Assembly: GCA_965237905.1 (NCBI GenBank)
Contig: OZ250172.1
Span: 3,022,608-3,086,607 of the forward strand
DNA: 64,000 nt
Direction: 5' to 3'
From: Nitrospinaceae bacterium
GTDB lineage: Bacteria; Nitrospinota; Nitrospinia; Nitrospinales; Nitrospinaceae
Below are positions 51,689 through 61,388 of the stretch, piece after piece. Made by a program: the position numbers and the translations under genes. The notes under the pieces are model-generated. The model saw only the letters and a program-made list of their open reading frames with translations. It did no database searches and was not told the origin of the DNA. How positions within the stretch are numbered: position 1 is the stretch's first letter; each line of letters begins with the position of its first letter.

Positions 51689-52360
51689 TTGTCCCCTGAG
51701 GCCTATCTTGAGTCTCTCCAGCGCGTAGCGGGCTCGATCAGGCTGGCAGAAGGGGAATGGGTTCTGGACGCAGGCTGTGGTTCGGGACTATTGCTTCCCT
51801 TTCTGGCGGATCGGTTGACCCAGGGAGGACGATATCTGGGCATGGATATTCTTCCGGCCGGGTTCGCTTCTCTGAAACCGAGAGCGAACCGATTGAACCT
51901 AAAAGGTTCCGTTTCTGGTGTGCTGGCTGATCTTTCCAGGGACTTGCCACTGGGTGACGCCTCTGTTTCCTGTGTGGCCGCTCACTTTTCCGTTTACACA
52001 TTGCCGGAGGAAAAAGACCGGAGGCAGGTGATTCAGGAATTTTGGAGAGTTCTGAAGCCGGGTGGATTATTGGTCACCGCCAACCCAACTCATTCCTACG
52101 ATGCGGAGCAGATCATTCGCTTCAGCCTGGAGCAGTTACAAAGCCAGGGGAGGTCCTGGATTGTTAAAAAACATGTGCTCTATCCGTTGACCCTTCACCT
52201 GGGATTAAAACATATCGAGAGGCAGCTGCAATCGGGCAAGTGGCATGGCTATCAGCCTGAAGAGTTGCGTGATGAAGTTGCGCAGGCAGGTTTTTCCATT
52301 GAGTACTCCGAGACCGTGTATGGCGGAAGCGGATTTCTTGTGGTCGGAAGGAAACCGTGA
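51689..52360 (+). CDS. Class I SAM-dependent methyltransferase (true start probably upstream, near 51623)
   Basis: VLDAGCGSG motif I, RVLKPGG. Confidence 0.88.
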   Translation: MSPEAYLESLQRVAGSIRLAEGEWVLDAGCGSGLLLPFLADRLTQGGRYLGMDILPAGFASLKPRANRLNLKGSVSGVLADLSRDLPLGDASVSCVAAHFSVYTLPEEKDRRQVIQEFWRVLKPGGLLVTANPTHSYDAEQIIRFSLEQLQSQGRSWIVKKHVLYPLTLHLGLKHIERQLQSGKWHGYQPEELRDEVAQAGFSIEYSETVYGGSGFLVVGRKP

Positions 52361-52406
52361 TTTTCAAAGAGGGAGAGGGTTTTCATTGGAAACGAATACG
52401 AAAGGC

Positions 52407-53459
52407 TTAACCCGGAGGGATGATTATGCGCTCTCCGTCACCATTGAAACTTTCATTCACCGCCTGCGTGAACTTCATGTATTCCACCCCGGTGGTGAAA
52501 GTGGTGTATTCAATATCTTCGAGGCCGCGGATGGTGTTGATGAATTCTTCTTCGACCCGCCATTGTCCAGCTTGCCCGGGTGGAATTTGCACTTCATTCA
52601 ATTCATTGGACGGACCTGTTGATTGATAAAGCTTGCCTTCCATCTCGAAATCCAAATGGAAGAATCCCTTGTCGCCGTATATTTTGATGGAGGAGCTGGC
52701 GGGACGGGTGCTGAGTTCATGAAGAAACAGGGATCCCATGATACCATTGGTCATCTTCATCTGAACCGATAAGTAATCGGGTACTTCGACCTCGACTTCC
52801 TTATTGGTTTTGGGGTCTATTGCGCGGTTGTTGATTACTTCGGCATGGGCATCCACCCATTCGGCGGAACCGAACCAACGGAGGAGGGATTCATAGATAA
52901 TTCCCAGCGCCATGATGTTGGAACCACTGTATTTTTTATTGCGTCGCCAATGAAGTGTTTCCCCTAAAGGAACCGAAGGAGGCGCCTGGTATTCGAAACG
53001 AAAAAACCGCGGTGTTCCTATCTCACTACTATCGAGCATATTGAGTAAAGTTGTATCGGCGTGCAGTGTAAACGGGGAGGGGACAATCTGCACGACACAT
53101 TCAGGATGCTTGTAGGAGGCTTGAAGCATAGTTCGCGCTTCGACTTCATCCATGGCCATCCTGGCTTCGCAGAGAACATGCTTGCCTGCCTGCAGAGCCA
53201 TACAGGTGGCCTCGCAATGCAGGTCAGGCCAAGTTCCGATGACGATGGCGTCGACTTCCTTGGACTCGACAACTTCCTGCCAATGATTTCGAACGGTGGG
53301 AATTTGGAACTCGTCGGCAACTTTCTGGGCGGAGGTCGTGGTCCGATTCGCGACCTCAACGATTTGGACTCCTTCTATGGCCTGGAGTCTCGGAATATGC
53401 ATTCCCCGGGTATTGGAACCCGCTCCAATGATGCCGATGCGAACTATTTCAGCCGCCAT
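52407..53459 (-). CDS. Gfo/Idh/MocA family oxidoreductase
   Basis: RIGIIGAG, DAIVIGT, AGKHVLCEARMA. Confidence 0.9.
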   Translation of the reverse strand: MAAEIVRIGIIGAGSNTRGMHIPRLQAIEGVQIVEVANRTTTSAQKVADEFQIPTVRNHWQEVVESKEVDAIVIGTWPDLHCEATCMALQAGKHVLCEARMAMDEVEARTMLQASYKHPECVVQIVPSPFTLHADTTLLNMLDSSEIGTPRFFRFEYQAPPSVPLGETLHWRRNKKYSGSNIMALGIIYESLLRWFGSAEWVDAHAEVINNRAIDPKTNKEVEVEVPDYLSVQMKMTNGIMGSLFLHELSTRPASSSIKIYGDKGFFHLDFEMEGKLYQSTGPSNELNEVQIPPGQAGQWRVEEEFINTIRGLEDIEYTTFTTGVEYMKFTQAVNESFNGDGERIIIPPG

Positions 53460-53566
53460 AGATATCCTTCACGTTATGAAATAAAGCTATCTCATTAAAC
53501 CAACAGCCAGCATATACAGTAACTCATTATAAATGCCTTTTTAACCTTTTCTTTCATGAAAAAAGA

Positions 53567-54727
53567 TTATAGGCCTGCGGATTTTTTCAGTTTCGCCGCT
53601 TTATCGGTTTGCTCCCAAGTGAAGCCCTTTTCCTTTCTACCGAAATGACCGTAGGCGGCGGTTTGCTTGAACCGGGGTTTTCTCAGGTCCAGCGATTTCA
53701 TGATTCCGGCGGGCTTCAATTCGAAATGATCCCGAATCAGGCCTTCAATATTTTTGGGATTGATGTGGTGCGTATTGAAGGTGTCGACAAATATGGAAAC
53801 GGGCTCGGCCACGCCGATCGCGTAGGCCAGTTGCACCTCACACCGGTCGGCGATTTTGGCGGCCACCAGGTTTTTGGCGATGTACCGGGCCATGTAAGCG
53901 GCGGAACGGTCCACCTTGGTGGCATCCTTACCGGAAAACGCGCCTCCTCCGTGGCGGGCAAATCCGCCGTAAGTGTCGACTATGATTTTACGGCCGGTCA
54001 AACCACAATCTCCCTGAGGACCTCCAATGACAAAGCGGCCGGTGGGATTGACATGGGTTTTCATCTTTTTAGCCTGAAAACTTTTTGGAATCACATGATC
54101 GATGACTTCCTCAATGATTCCCGAGCGGATCTTTTTGTTGGAGACTTCGGGATCATGTTGGGAAGAGATAACGACGGTTTCGATGCAAACCGGTTTGCCT
54201 TTCTCATAGCGTACGGAAACCTGTGATTTGCTGTCTGGCCGAAGAAAAGGCAGGATGCCTTTTTTGCGAACGTCGGCCAGTTTCCGGACCAGTTTATGAG
54301 CATACACGATGGGAGCGGGCATCAATTCCTTGGTTTCATTGGAAGCATAACCGAACATCATACCCTGGTCTCCGGCACCTTGCTCATGCTGATCGTCATC
54401 CACACCCTGTGAGATATCCTGGGACTGCTCGTCCAAAGTAACCATCACGCCGCAGGTTTGGTAATCAAACCCCATGTCGGAGTGAGTGTAGCCGATTTCC
54501 TTGATGGTTTGCCGTGCGATTTTTGGGATTTCCACGTAGGCCTTGGTGGTTACTTCACCGGATATGACGACAAGCCCCGTGGTCACTAAAGTTTCACAGG
54601 CAACACGGGAATGGGGATCTTGTTTTAAAAGTGCATCAAGAATGGAATCCGAAATCTGATCCGAGATTTTATCGGGGTGACCTTCGGAAACGGATTCGGA
54701 GGTAAATAAATAATTGCCTGAGCTCAT
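53567..54727 (-). CDS. metK: S-adenosylmethionine synthetase
   Basis: [48 protein letters not shown]. Confidence 0.98.
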   Translation of the reverse strand: MSSGNYLFTSESVSEGHPDKISDQISDSILDALLKQDPHSRVACETLVTTGLVVISGEVTTKAYVEIPKIARQTIKEIGYTHSDMGFDYQTCGVMVTLDEQSQDISQGVDDDQHEQGAGDQGMMFGYASNETKELMPAPIVYAHKLVRKLADVRKKGILPFLRPDSKSQVSVRYEKGKPVCIETVVISSQHDPEVSNKKIRSGIIEEVIDHVIPKSFQAKKMKTHVNPTGRFVIGGPQGDCGLTGRKIIVDTYGGFARHGGGAFSGKDATKVDRSAAYMARYIAKNLVAAKIADRCEVQLAYAIGVAEPVSIFVDTFNTHHINPKNIEGLIRDHFELKPAGIMKSLDLRKPRFKQTAAYGHFGRKEKGFTWEQTDKAAKLKKSAGL

Positions 54728-54828
54728 AGAAGCTTACCTTGTTTGAGGGTGAGAAAGTTTAAAATTTATTTAGAGTTTTCATTGATTGAAAAAGAAGTCC
54801 TACGCCGGGCGGGTGAGCCGTGTTCCGG

Positions 54829-56595
54829 CTATTCGGTTTTCTCGCCAAAGGCCAGGTCTCGGTCGAAATCAGATGGGAACCGGCTCTGCATTTCACTATT
54901 GATAAACCGGTTGATTTCTTCAGAGGTGGACAGGCTTAAGGCGTGATCGGCTAATTCACGGGCTTCCTTCAAAGTTACTTTTCTTAGAATTTTTTTCACC
55001 TTGGGTATGGAATGAGGTTCCATGCTCAATTCATGCACTTTGCCCAAACCCAAAAGTAAAAAAGTGGCCATGGGATCGCCTCCCAATTCGCCGCAAATGG
55101 AGACAGGTTTTCCCATGTTCTCGGCAACCACGAAAATATCTCTCAAAATTCTCAGGACCGAGGGGTGAAAAGGTTGATAGAGGTGCGCTACGTTCTCATT
55201 GATGCGGTCCACCGCCAGAACATATTGTATCAAATCGTTGGTACCGATGCTGATATAGTCGACTATTTCCAGTATGCGGTCGACGATGAGAGCCGCTGAC
55301 GGAGTTTCTATCATGGCTCCCACGGGGATGTCCTCTTGGAAAGGAATCTGCGCGCTTCTCAATTCCTCTTTCGCCTTTTCCAGATAACCGTTGGCCTCAA
55401 CGATTTCCTCCACACTGGAGACCATAGGATATAGGATTTTGACTTTTCCGTAAAGGCTTGCCCTTAAAATTCCCTTCAATTGATTCATAAGAAGCTCGGG
55501 TTGAGCCAGTGAGAGACGAATGCCCCTCAAGCCCAGCGCCGGGTTGTCTTCTGGGGCGTTATTGATTTTTGAAAGTTGCTTGTCGGCACCGATATCCAGG
55601 GTGCGGATCACCACCGGGTAGGGCTCCATGGTTTGCACCACTTTTTTAAAGTTGGCATACAGGTCGTTTTCGGTCGGCAGTGAGTTGGAAGCCAGATACA
55701 AAAATTCCGTCCGGTAGAGGCCGATGCCTTCGCCTCCATATTTATGAATGGATTTCGCTTCATGGACGGTTTCAATATTGGCCATCAGCTGAACCTTCTC
55801 CCCGTCCAGTGTTTCTGCGTCCAGGCCAATGTCTTTTAATAAGGTTTTTTCATACCGTTGGTAATTTTTCTGCTTTTTCTGATAATGACTTAATTGTTCT
55901 TTGTCAGGATCGACGATCACCTCACCCTGAATGCCGTCGATAATTACGGTATCACCGGAGTTGATGAACTGGGTGAGGTTGCCCAGGCCGACTACCGCCG
56001 GTATCCCCAGGGCGGAAGCAAAAATGCTGACGTGCGAAGTTTTGCCGCCCACTTCGGTGGCCATTCCAAGGATATAGTTTTTGGACATCATGATGGTATC
56101 CGAGGGGCTCAATTCATGGGTGATGATGATGACCGGCTCGTCGATATCCGCCAGGCTTTCCTGGTGATGGCCGATCAGGTTCTTGATGACCCCATGGACC
56201 ACCAGGTCCAGATCATCCTTCTTGCCTTTGAGGTATTCATCGTTGATGTTGTTGAACAGGTTGGTGAATTTTTCGAGAGTCACCGTCAAGGCCCATTCGG
56301 CGTTGGAGTGTTCCCGTTTGATGATTTCGATGGTTTCGTTGACGAGTATCTCGTCTTCCAGCAGCAGGGTGTAGGTATCGAGGATGATGGCGTACTTGTC
56401 GGCGATGGAGCTGGTCCTTTGTTTGATGTCCCGCATCTGTGCTTTGGATTGTTCAATCGCGTCGCGCAGGCGTTTGATCTCTTTTTCTATTTCTTTTTCA
56501 GGAACACTGCGCTTAATGACGCATACCTTGGATCGGTCAAGCAGGTAGGCTTTACCGATGGCCACTCCGCTGGATACAGCAATTCCGGAATACAC
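54829..56595 (-). CDS. ptsI: PTS enzyme I (PEP-protein phosphotransferase)
   Basis: GGKTSH phospho-His, GIGLYRTEFL, NPALGLRGIR, SIGTNDLIQY, CGELGGDP. Confidence 0.96.
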   Translation of the reverse strand: MYSGIAVSSGVAIGKAYLLDRSKVCVIKRSVPEKEIEKEIKRLRDAIEQSKAQMRDIKQRTSSIADKYAIILDTYTLLLEDEILVNETIEIIKREHSNAEWALTVTLEKFTNLFNNINDEYLKGKKDDLDLVVHGVIKNLIGHHQESLADIDEPVIIITHELSPSDTIMMSKNYILGMATEVGGKTSHVSIFASALGIPAVVGLGNLTQFINSGDTVIIDGIQGEVIVDPDKEQLSHYQKKQKNYQRYEKTLLKDIGLDAETLDGEKVQLMANIETVHEAKSIHKYGGEGIGLYRTEFLYLASNSLPTENDLYANFKKVVQTMEPYPVVIRTLDIGADKQLSKINNAPEDNPALGLRGIRLSLAQPELLMNQLKGILRASLYGKVKILYPMVSSVEEIVEANGYLEKAKEELRSAQIPFQEDIPVGAMIETPSAALIVDRILEIVDYISIGTNDLIQYVLAVDRINENVAHLYQPFHPSVLRILRDIFVVAENMGKPVSICGELGGDPMATFLLLGLGKVHELSMEPHSIPKVKKILRKVTLKEARELADHALSLSTSEEINRFINSEMQSRFPSDFDRDLAFGEKTE

Positions 56596-56641
56596 GAAAC
56601 TCTCTCAGAAAAAGTGAATAATCCGCCAGCGCTCGGCGGGT

Positions 56642-57106
56642 CTAGCTGATTTTGGAATCTTCTTCCAAAATCAAAGAGTAGATTGCTTCAGCATCCTCCG
56701 CCTTTAAAATAGTTTCACGCAAGGACGGGTTTTTAAACAGCCGGGCGATTTTAGCCAGGGCTTTCAGGTGCAACCCGGTCGATGCCGGGGGAGCCAGGAG
56801 CAGAAAAATAAAGTGGACGGGTTTGCGGTCCAGGGATTGGAAATCGACGCCTTTCCGGGACCGGGCGAACACCGTGATAATTTGCTCAATACCCTCGTGT
56901 TTGGCGTGGGGAATGGCCATGTTGTCGCCGATTCCCGTACTGCCTAACTGTTCCCGCTCCAAAAGCGCCTGAAGCAATTTATCGTGATCTGGAATGGCTC
57001 CCTTGTGTTCCAAAAAAAGTGAAACTTCGTTTAAAGTTCCCTCCTTGTCACCCGCCCCCAAATCCGCGATGATGTAATTCCCGTTAAGTATATCGCTGAT
57101 CTTCAT
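56642..57106 (-). CDS. ptsN: PTS IIA (Ntr/Fru-type)
   Basis: EREQLGSTGIG-x3-AIPHAK, HLKALAKIAR; rpoN-hpf context. Confidence 0.9.
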   Translation of the reverse strand: MKISDILNGNYIIADLGAGDKEGTLNEVSLFLEHKGAIPDHDKLLQALLEREQLGSTGIGDNMAIPHAKHEGIEQIITVFARSRKGVDFQSLDRKPVHFIFLLLAPPASTGLHLKALAKIARLFKNPSLRETILKAEDAEAIYSLILEEDSKIS

Positions 57107-57162
57107 GAAAGAATTTGGCCGGTTTATTATATGTTGAAAGGAAAAGGCGGTTGTTTAATGGA

Positions 57163-57492
57163 TCAATCGATTTGCTTGTCTTTTTCTGCGACATTTTGTT
57201 TTATTTTAAGAGATTTGGATCGGTCTTTATGTTTTTTGAGCTGTTTTTCTGTCTTCTCCACGGCTTCATCCATGGCGGTGTACAGATCATTGGTTTCGGA
57301 TTCCCCATGCACGGGATACCCTTTTTCTTTGACGGTGACTTCCGCAAAATGCCGGTGCTTTTCGACGGTTAGAGCCACATGAACATCTGCGGACTCCGGC
57401 AGACTTTTCAGGGACTTCTCAATTTTTTTGTGCAAGTGATCCTCGATCGCTTGAGTCACCTTTATTTTTATTCCTGCGACCGTCAACTTCAT
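57163..57492 (-). CDS. hpf: Ribosome hibernation promoting factor, short form
   Basis: DLYTAMDEAVEKTEKQLKKHK; directly downstream of rpoN. Confidence 0.92.
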   Translation of the reverse strand: MKLTVAGIKIKVTQAIEDHLHKKIEKSLKSLPESADVHVALTVEKHRHFAEVTVKEKGYPVHGESETNDLYTAMDEAVEKTEKQLKKHKDRSKSLKIKQNVAEKDKQID

Positions 57493-57576
57493 GAGGGCTT
57501 TCTCCTAAAAAACAAATTAATCGGGGGCTAAAGAGTAGCTTGGCCTATCAAAAATTTCAAGGGAGGAAAGAGAGGG

Positions 57577-59022
57577 TCAATAGATTTTTTTCCGTTTACT
57601 GGCAGGAAGAATATTCAATTCTTTCCGGTATTTGGTCACCGTTCGCCGGGCGATTTTGGCATTTCGCTTCACTAAAGCTTCCACCATCTCATCGTCAGTC
57701 AGGGGTTTCATGGGATCCTCGGATTTGATGATTTCCTGGATCATGTTTTTGACCCGGACGGAGGACATGTCGTTATTTCCGATAAATGATTTGATACCGC
57801 TGTGGAAAAAGAATTTAAGTTCAAGGATACCTTGGGGGGTATCGATATATTTATTGGTGGTGATCCGGCTTACGGTGGATTCGTGCATTTCGATATCCCG
57901 TGCCACATCCTTCAAGACCATGGGCTTGAGGTGAGACAGGCCATGATCCAGAAACTCTCCCTGCAGTTTGACGATACTTTTTCCAACCTTGTAAATCGTT
58001 TCCCGTCTCTTGTCGATACTTTTAATTAGAAACTCAGCGGCCTGGTGTTTCTTTTTGAGATATTCCTTGGTTTTGGGTTCGGACGTGTTCTGCAAAAGAT
58101 GATGGTAATAAGGGCTGATCTTAACATTGGGTAGACCATCGTCGTTTAACACCACATCATATCCTCCTTCCGTCTTCACCACCACCAGGTCGGGGATGAC
58201 GTAGTCGATGCCCTCGGAGCTGAACTGAAGCCCCGGTTTAGGATCGAAGGTTTTGATGGTGTTAACCGCGGCGATGATTTCTTCCACCGTCATCTTGAGT
58301 TCAGAGGCTATTTTCTGATAGTACCTCTCGTTCAAGCGTTCCAAGTAATTTTCGATCAGGGTTTCCACCAAGGGCAGACGTTCCGGCAATACTTTAGCCT
58401 GGGCCAAAAGGCATTCCTTCAGGGTTCGAGCGCCTACTCCGTTCGGCTCAAAGGTTTGGATGATTTTTAGAACTCTTAAAACATCCTCTTCAGAGGCTTG
58501 ACTGACTTCCGCGACTTCCGCCAGTTCGGCGATGCAGTAGCCGTCATTTTGGATATTGCCGATAATGATGGACCCGATGAATTTGTCCAAATCTTCATTC
58601 ACCGATAGATTCAACTGCCACATCAGGTGATCGGCCAGAGTGGCTTCTTTTTTATACGTCGCTTCGATGGAAGGTCTTTCAGTATAGTTGTCCGCTGAAC
58701 TTCCCTGTGACAGATTGTCCTGGATATAATTATCCCAATCCTGCTCATATTCGAGCGGATCACTTTCTTTTTCGGAAGGGGGTTCTTCTTGAGTCTGGCC
58801 GATGGAGTCGAGGGAAGGGTCTTCAGGGTTTTCCTGCTTTTGCTCCAACTCCTCTTCTTCTTCGAGGATCTCTTCCAGGATGGGGTTTTCCACCATTTCC
58901 TGGTGCACCACCTGGGCCAATTCGAGGCGTGAGAGCTGGAGAAGCTTGATCGCCTGCTGTAGCATGGGAGTCGGCACCAGCCGCATCTCTTGCTTGAAAG
59001 TTAATTTCATCTCCATTGCCAT
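57577..59022 (-). CDS. rpoN: RNA polymerase sigma-54 factor
   Basis: LQQAIKLLQLS, ENPIL, HESTVSR, RpoN box IARRTVTKYR. Confidence 0.97.
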   Translation of the reverse strand: MAMEMKLTFKQEMRLVPTPMLQQAIKLLQLSRLELAQVVHQEMVENPILEEILEEEEELEQKQENPEDPSLDSIGQTQEEPPSEKESDPLEYEQDWDNYIQDNLSQGSSADNYTERPSIEATYKKEATLADHLMWQLNLSVNEDLDKFIGSIIIGNIQNDGYCIAELAEVAEVSQASEEDVLRVLKIIQTFEPNGVGARTLKECLLAQAKVLPERLPLVETLIENYLERLNERYYQKIASELKMTVEEIIAAVNTIKTFDPKPGLQFSSEGIDYVIPDLVVVKTEGGYDVVLNDDGLPNVKISPYYHHLLQNTSEPKTKEYLKKKHQAAEFLIKSIDKRRETIYKVGKSIVKLQGEFLDHGLSHLKPMVLKDVARDIEMHESTVSRITTNKYIDTPQGILELKFFFHSGIKSFIGNNDMSSVRVKNMIQEIIKSEDPMKPLTDDEMVEALVKRNAKIARRTVTKYRKELNILPASKRKKIY

Positions 59023-59050
59023 GGACAATCTCTCAGCTCAAACGAAAGGT

Positions 59051-59773
59051 TTAAAAGGTGAATTTTTCCCCTAAATAAGTTTGTCTTACTTTGGGGTCCT
59101 CAGCGACAGCAGCAGGATCGCCGGCGGCGATGATTTTGCCCTCACTGATAATATAGGCGCGGTCCGTGATGCTTAAAGTCTCCCGGACATTATGGTCCGT
59201 GATCAAAACGCCGATTCCTTTGGCTTTTAACTTCTGCACAATGGTTTGAATATCCGATACGGCAATCGGGTCAATCCCGGCAAAGGGCTCATCCAGTAAA
59301 ATAAAAGCGGGCGAGGTCGCTAAAGCTCTGCTGATTTCGACTCTCCGTCTTTCGCCTCCAGAAAGGGAAAATCCCTTGGCTTCCCGAATATGCTCAATAT
59401 TGAATTCAGCCAGTAAGGAACGGACCCGTTTGATCTTTGTCTTATAGGGGATTTTCTGGGGTTCCAATACCGCCAGAATGTTTTCTTCAACTGTTAATTT
59501 TCGGAAAATGGACGGTTCCTGGGGGAGGTAACTGATTCCTCTCTGCGCCCTCATATACATAGGGTAAGCGGTCACATCTTCCTGGTCTAGCAAAACCTGG
59601 CCCAAATCCGGCCGGGTCAGGCCGACAACCATATAAAATGTGGTGGTTTTCCCCGCACCGTTAGGTCCCAGCAGGCCGACAATTTCACCCTGTTGTACCT
59701 CGATGCTGACCCGGTTGACCACCCGCCGGTTTTTATAGGCTTTAACCAGCTTATGCGTTTTGAGACTTTGCAC
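59051..59773 (-). CDS. lptB: LPS export ABC ATPase
   Basis: [51 protein letters not shown]. Confidence 0.97.
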   Translation of the reverse strand: MQSLKTHKLVKAYKNRRVVNRVSIEVQQGEIVGLLGPNGAGKTTTFYMVVGLTRPDLGQVLLDQEDVTAYPMYMRAQRGISYLPQEPSIFRKLTVEENILAVLEPQKIPYKTKIKRVRSLLAEFNIEHIREAKGFSLSGGERRRVEISRALATSPAFILLDEPFAGIDPIAVSDIQTIVQKLKAKGIGVLITDHNVRETLSITDRAYIISEGKIIAAGDPAAVAEDPKVRQTYLGEKFTF

Positions 59774-59820
59774 AGTTTTTTATAGGGAGACGGCCTTGAG
59801 TTTTGCCGTATGGGGTTCAG

Positions 59821-60384
59821 TTATCTTTTCTTTTCTGGAGGAGGATTTTTGGGCTTAATTTCCAGAATCGGTTCCTCAACTTCTAACAAATCCTTTTCCA
59901 GGTAAAAGGTCATTTTCTTTCCTCGGATGATATTTTCTCCTTCCCAGGCGATGGCATTGGGTTGCCCTGTGATAGTAATGATCTGCTTTTTATTATCATA
60001 ATCCGCGCGGTCACCCTTGGCCCGCCGATCTCCCTTCTTTATATCCACATTGCCGATAGCAATAATTTTGTCCAGGTCCTGACCTGCCTGGCTGATGTCG
60101 TTGGTGTTTTTTTTCCGGCCTGCTTTGTTTTTTGGATTGGCATATACCTCCAGAATATCGGACTTTATTTCCAAATCACCCCAGATACTTAATACATTTC
60201 CCGTAAAAATGAATTTCTTCCCTTCATTTTCCGACCGCAATTTATCGGATTTAATTTCTATGGGATTATTTTCCTGCTCCTTTTTCAAGGTATCTTTGGA
60301 TTTTGCGGAAAATGCGGTTCCCGTGTTCATTCCCACAAGGCAAAGACTGACTAAAAATAGGATTAGAGGGTTGAGGGTTCGCAA
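59821..60384 (-). CDS. lptA: LPS transport periplasmic protein LptA
   Basis: Signal peptide, PIEIKSD, FTGNV, AIGNV OstA-like fold; between lptC and lptB. Confidence 0.88.
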   Translation of the reverse strand: MRTLNPLILFLVSLCLVGMNTGTAFSAKSKDTLKKEQENNPIEIKSDKLRSENEGKKFIFTGNVLSIWGDLEIKSDILEVYANPKNKAGRKKNTNDISQAGQDLDKIIAIGNVDIKKGDRRAKGDRADYDNKKQIITITGQPNAIAWEGENIIRGKKMTFYLEKDLLEVEEPILEIKPKNPPPEKKR

Positions 60385-60397
60385 GGGCCTTATCCTT

Positions 60398-60838
60398 TTA
60401 CTTGTTCTCGAGTTCTTTTGACTCTTCGCTCTGTTGCTGAATTTGACCGAAAAAGTTATTCACATCCGCCTTGAATTTGACATTCCCCTCCAATTGAATG
60501 TCTTTGGTTTCGCGGTTTATGGTGCCGGTATCAGCGGAAATGGTGGATTCCCGGTTTTCGTCAGTATTCAAAGTCACATTCACGTCTGTCAGGATAATTT
60601 TGCTCTCCTCATTCTTTACCTTTGCTTCTTTTGCTTGAATTTCCCAGTCTTTATCACCTAATACCTGATGGGTTACCTTAAAGTTTTGGATTTCGATATC
60701 GACATTCTTACCCATCGTTTTCAAGGTCTCCACAGGTAAAGCCTCTTTATACAATGACTTGATCAAGCTATATGCGGACACAGTCATTAAGACCAGAATC
60801 AAGCCTAATAGAATTTTTCGGATATTATTTTTTTGCAT
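60398..60838 (-). CDS. lptC: LPS export protein LptC (short)
   Basis: N-terminal TM, WEIQAKEA, ISADTG, LEGNV; first gene of the lpt-rpoN cluster. Confidence 0.8.
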   Translation of the reverse strand: MQKNNIRKILLGLILVLMTVSAYSLIKSLYKEALPVETLKTMGKNVDIEIQNFKVTHQVLGDKDWEIQAKEAKVKNEESKIILTDVNVTLNTDENRESTISADTGTINRETKDIQLEGNVKFKADVNNFFGQIQQQSEESKELENK

Positions 60839-60899
60839 GGGGAAGCTTTCTGAGGGCAGGCAAATGATGTACCAATTTGAATTTTGCCATAATGCACAT

Positions 60900-61388
60900 T
60901 TAATGTAAAGCGAAAACAGGGTGCTCGGTGGACTCCATATTATGGGGTTTTAAATCAAATTTTCTGGATTCCTCCTGTTCGATTGTAATGTGGATTTCTA
61001 TCCACCGTTCGATTCCCAGCAAGGGAAGAGAAGCGTCTTTGCGGGCAAATAATTTTTCTGCCCATTCCACGATCGAAATGCCCTCACTTGAGAAAACTTC
61101 CTCCAGACCCAGGTCTTCCAATTCCAAGGATGAAGCAATCCGGTACAGATCAATATGAAACAGAGGGATCTTGCCCCGGTACTGGTTCACCAGAGTGAAG
61201 CTTGGGCTTCGGACATATTCTTCCTTGGCGACCCCCAGACCTCGCGCGATTCCCTGAGTGAGGGTGGTTTTTCCGGCACCCAGGTCTCCGAATAGAAAAA
61301 CGATATCCCCGGCCTCTAAATGCCGTCCTATTTTTTCTCCCAGGCTCAGCGTGTCGTTGGGAGAATGGGTTTCAAACTGTATATTCAA
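60900..61388 (-). CDS. tsaE: t6A biosynthesis ATPase TsaE
   Basis: GDLGAGKTT, SPSFTLVNQY, HIDLYR, VEWAE. Confidence 0.96.
   Translation of the reverse strand: MNIQFETHSPNDTLSLGEKIGRHLEAGDIVFLFGDLGAGKTTLTQGIARGLGVAKEEYVRSPSFTLVNQYRGKIPLFHIDLYRIASSLELEDLGLEEVFSSEGISIVEWAEKLFARKDASLPLLGIERWIEIHITIEQEESRKFDLKPHNMESTEHPVFALH

Noticed and set aside
57493..60899. Sigma54 (-24/-12) promoters near rpoN
   Set aside because: No convincing TGGCAC-N5-TTGC match seen in the intergenic regions I inspected.
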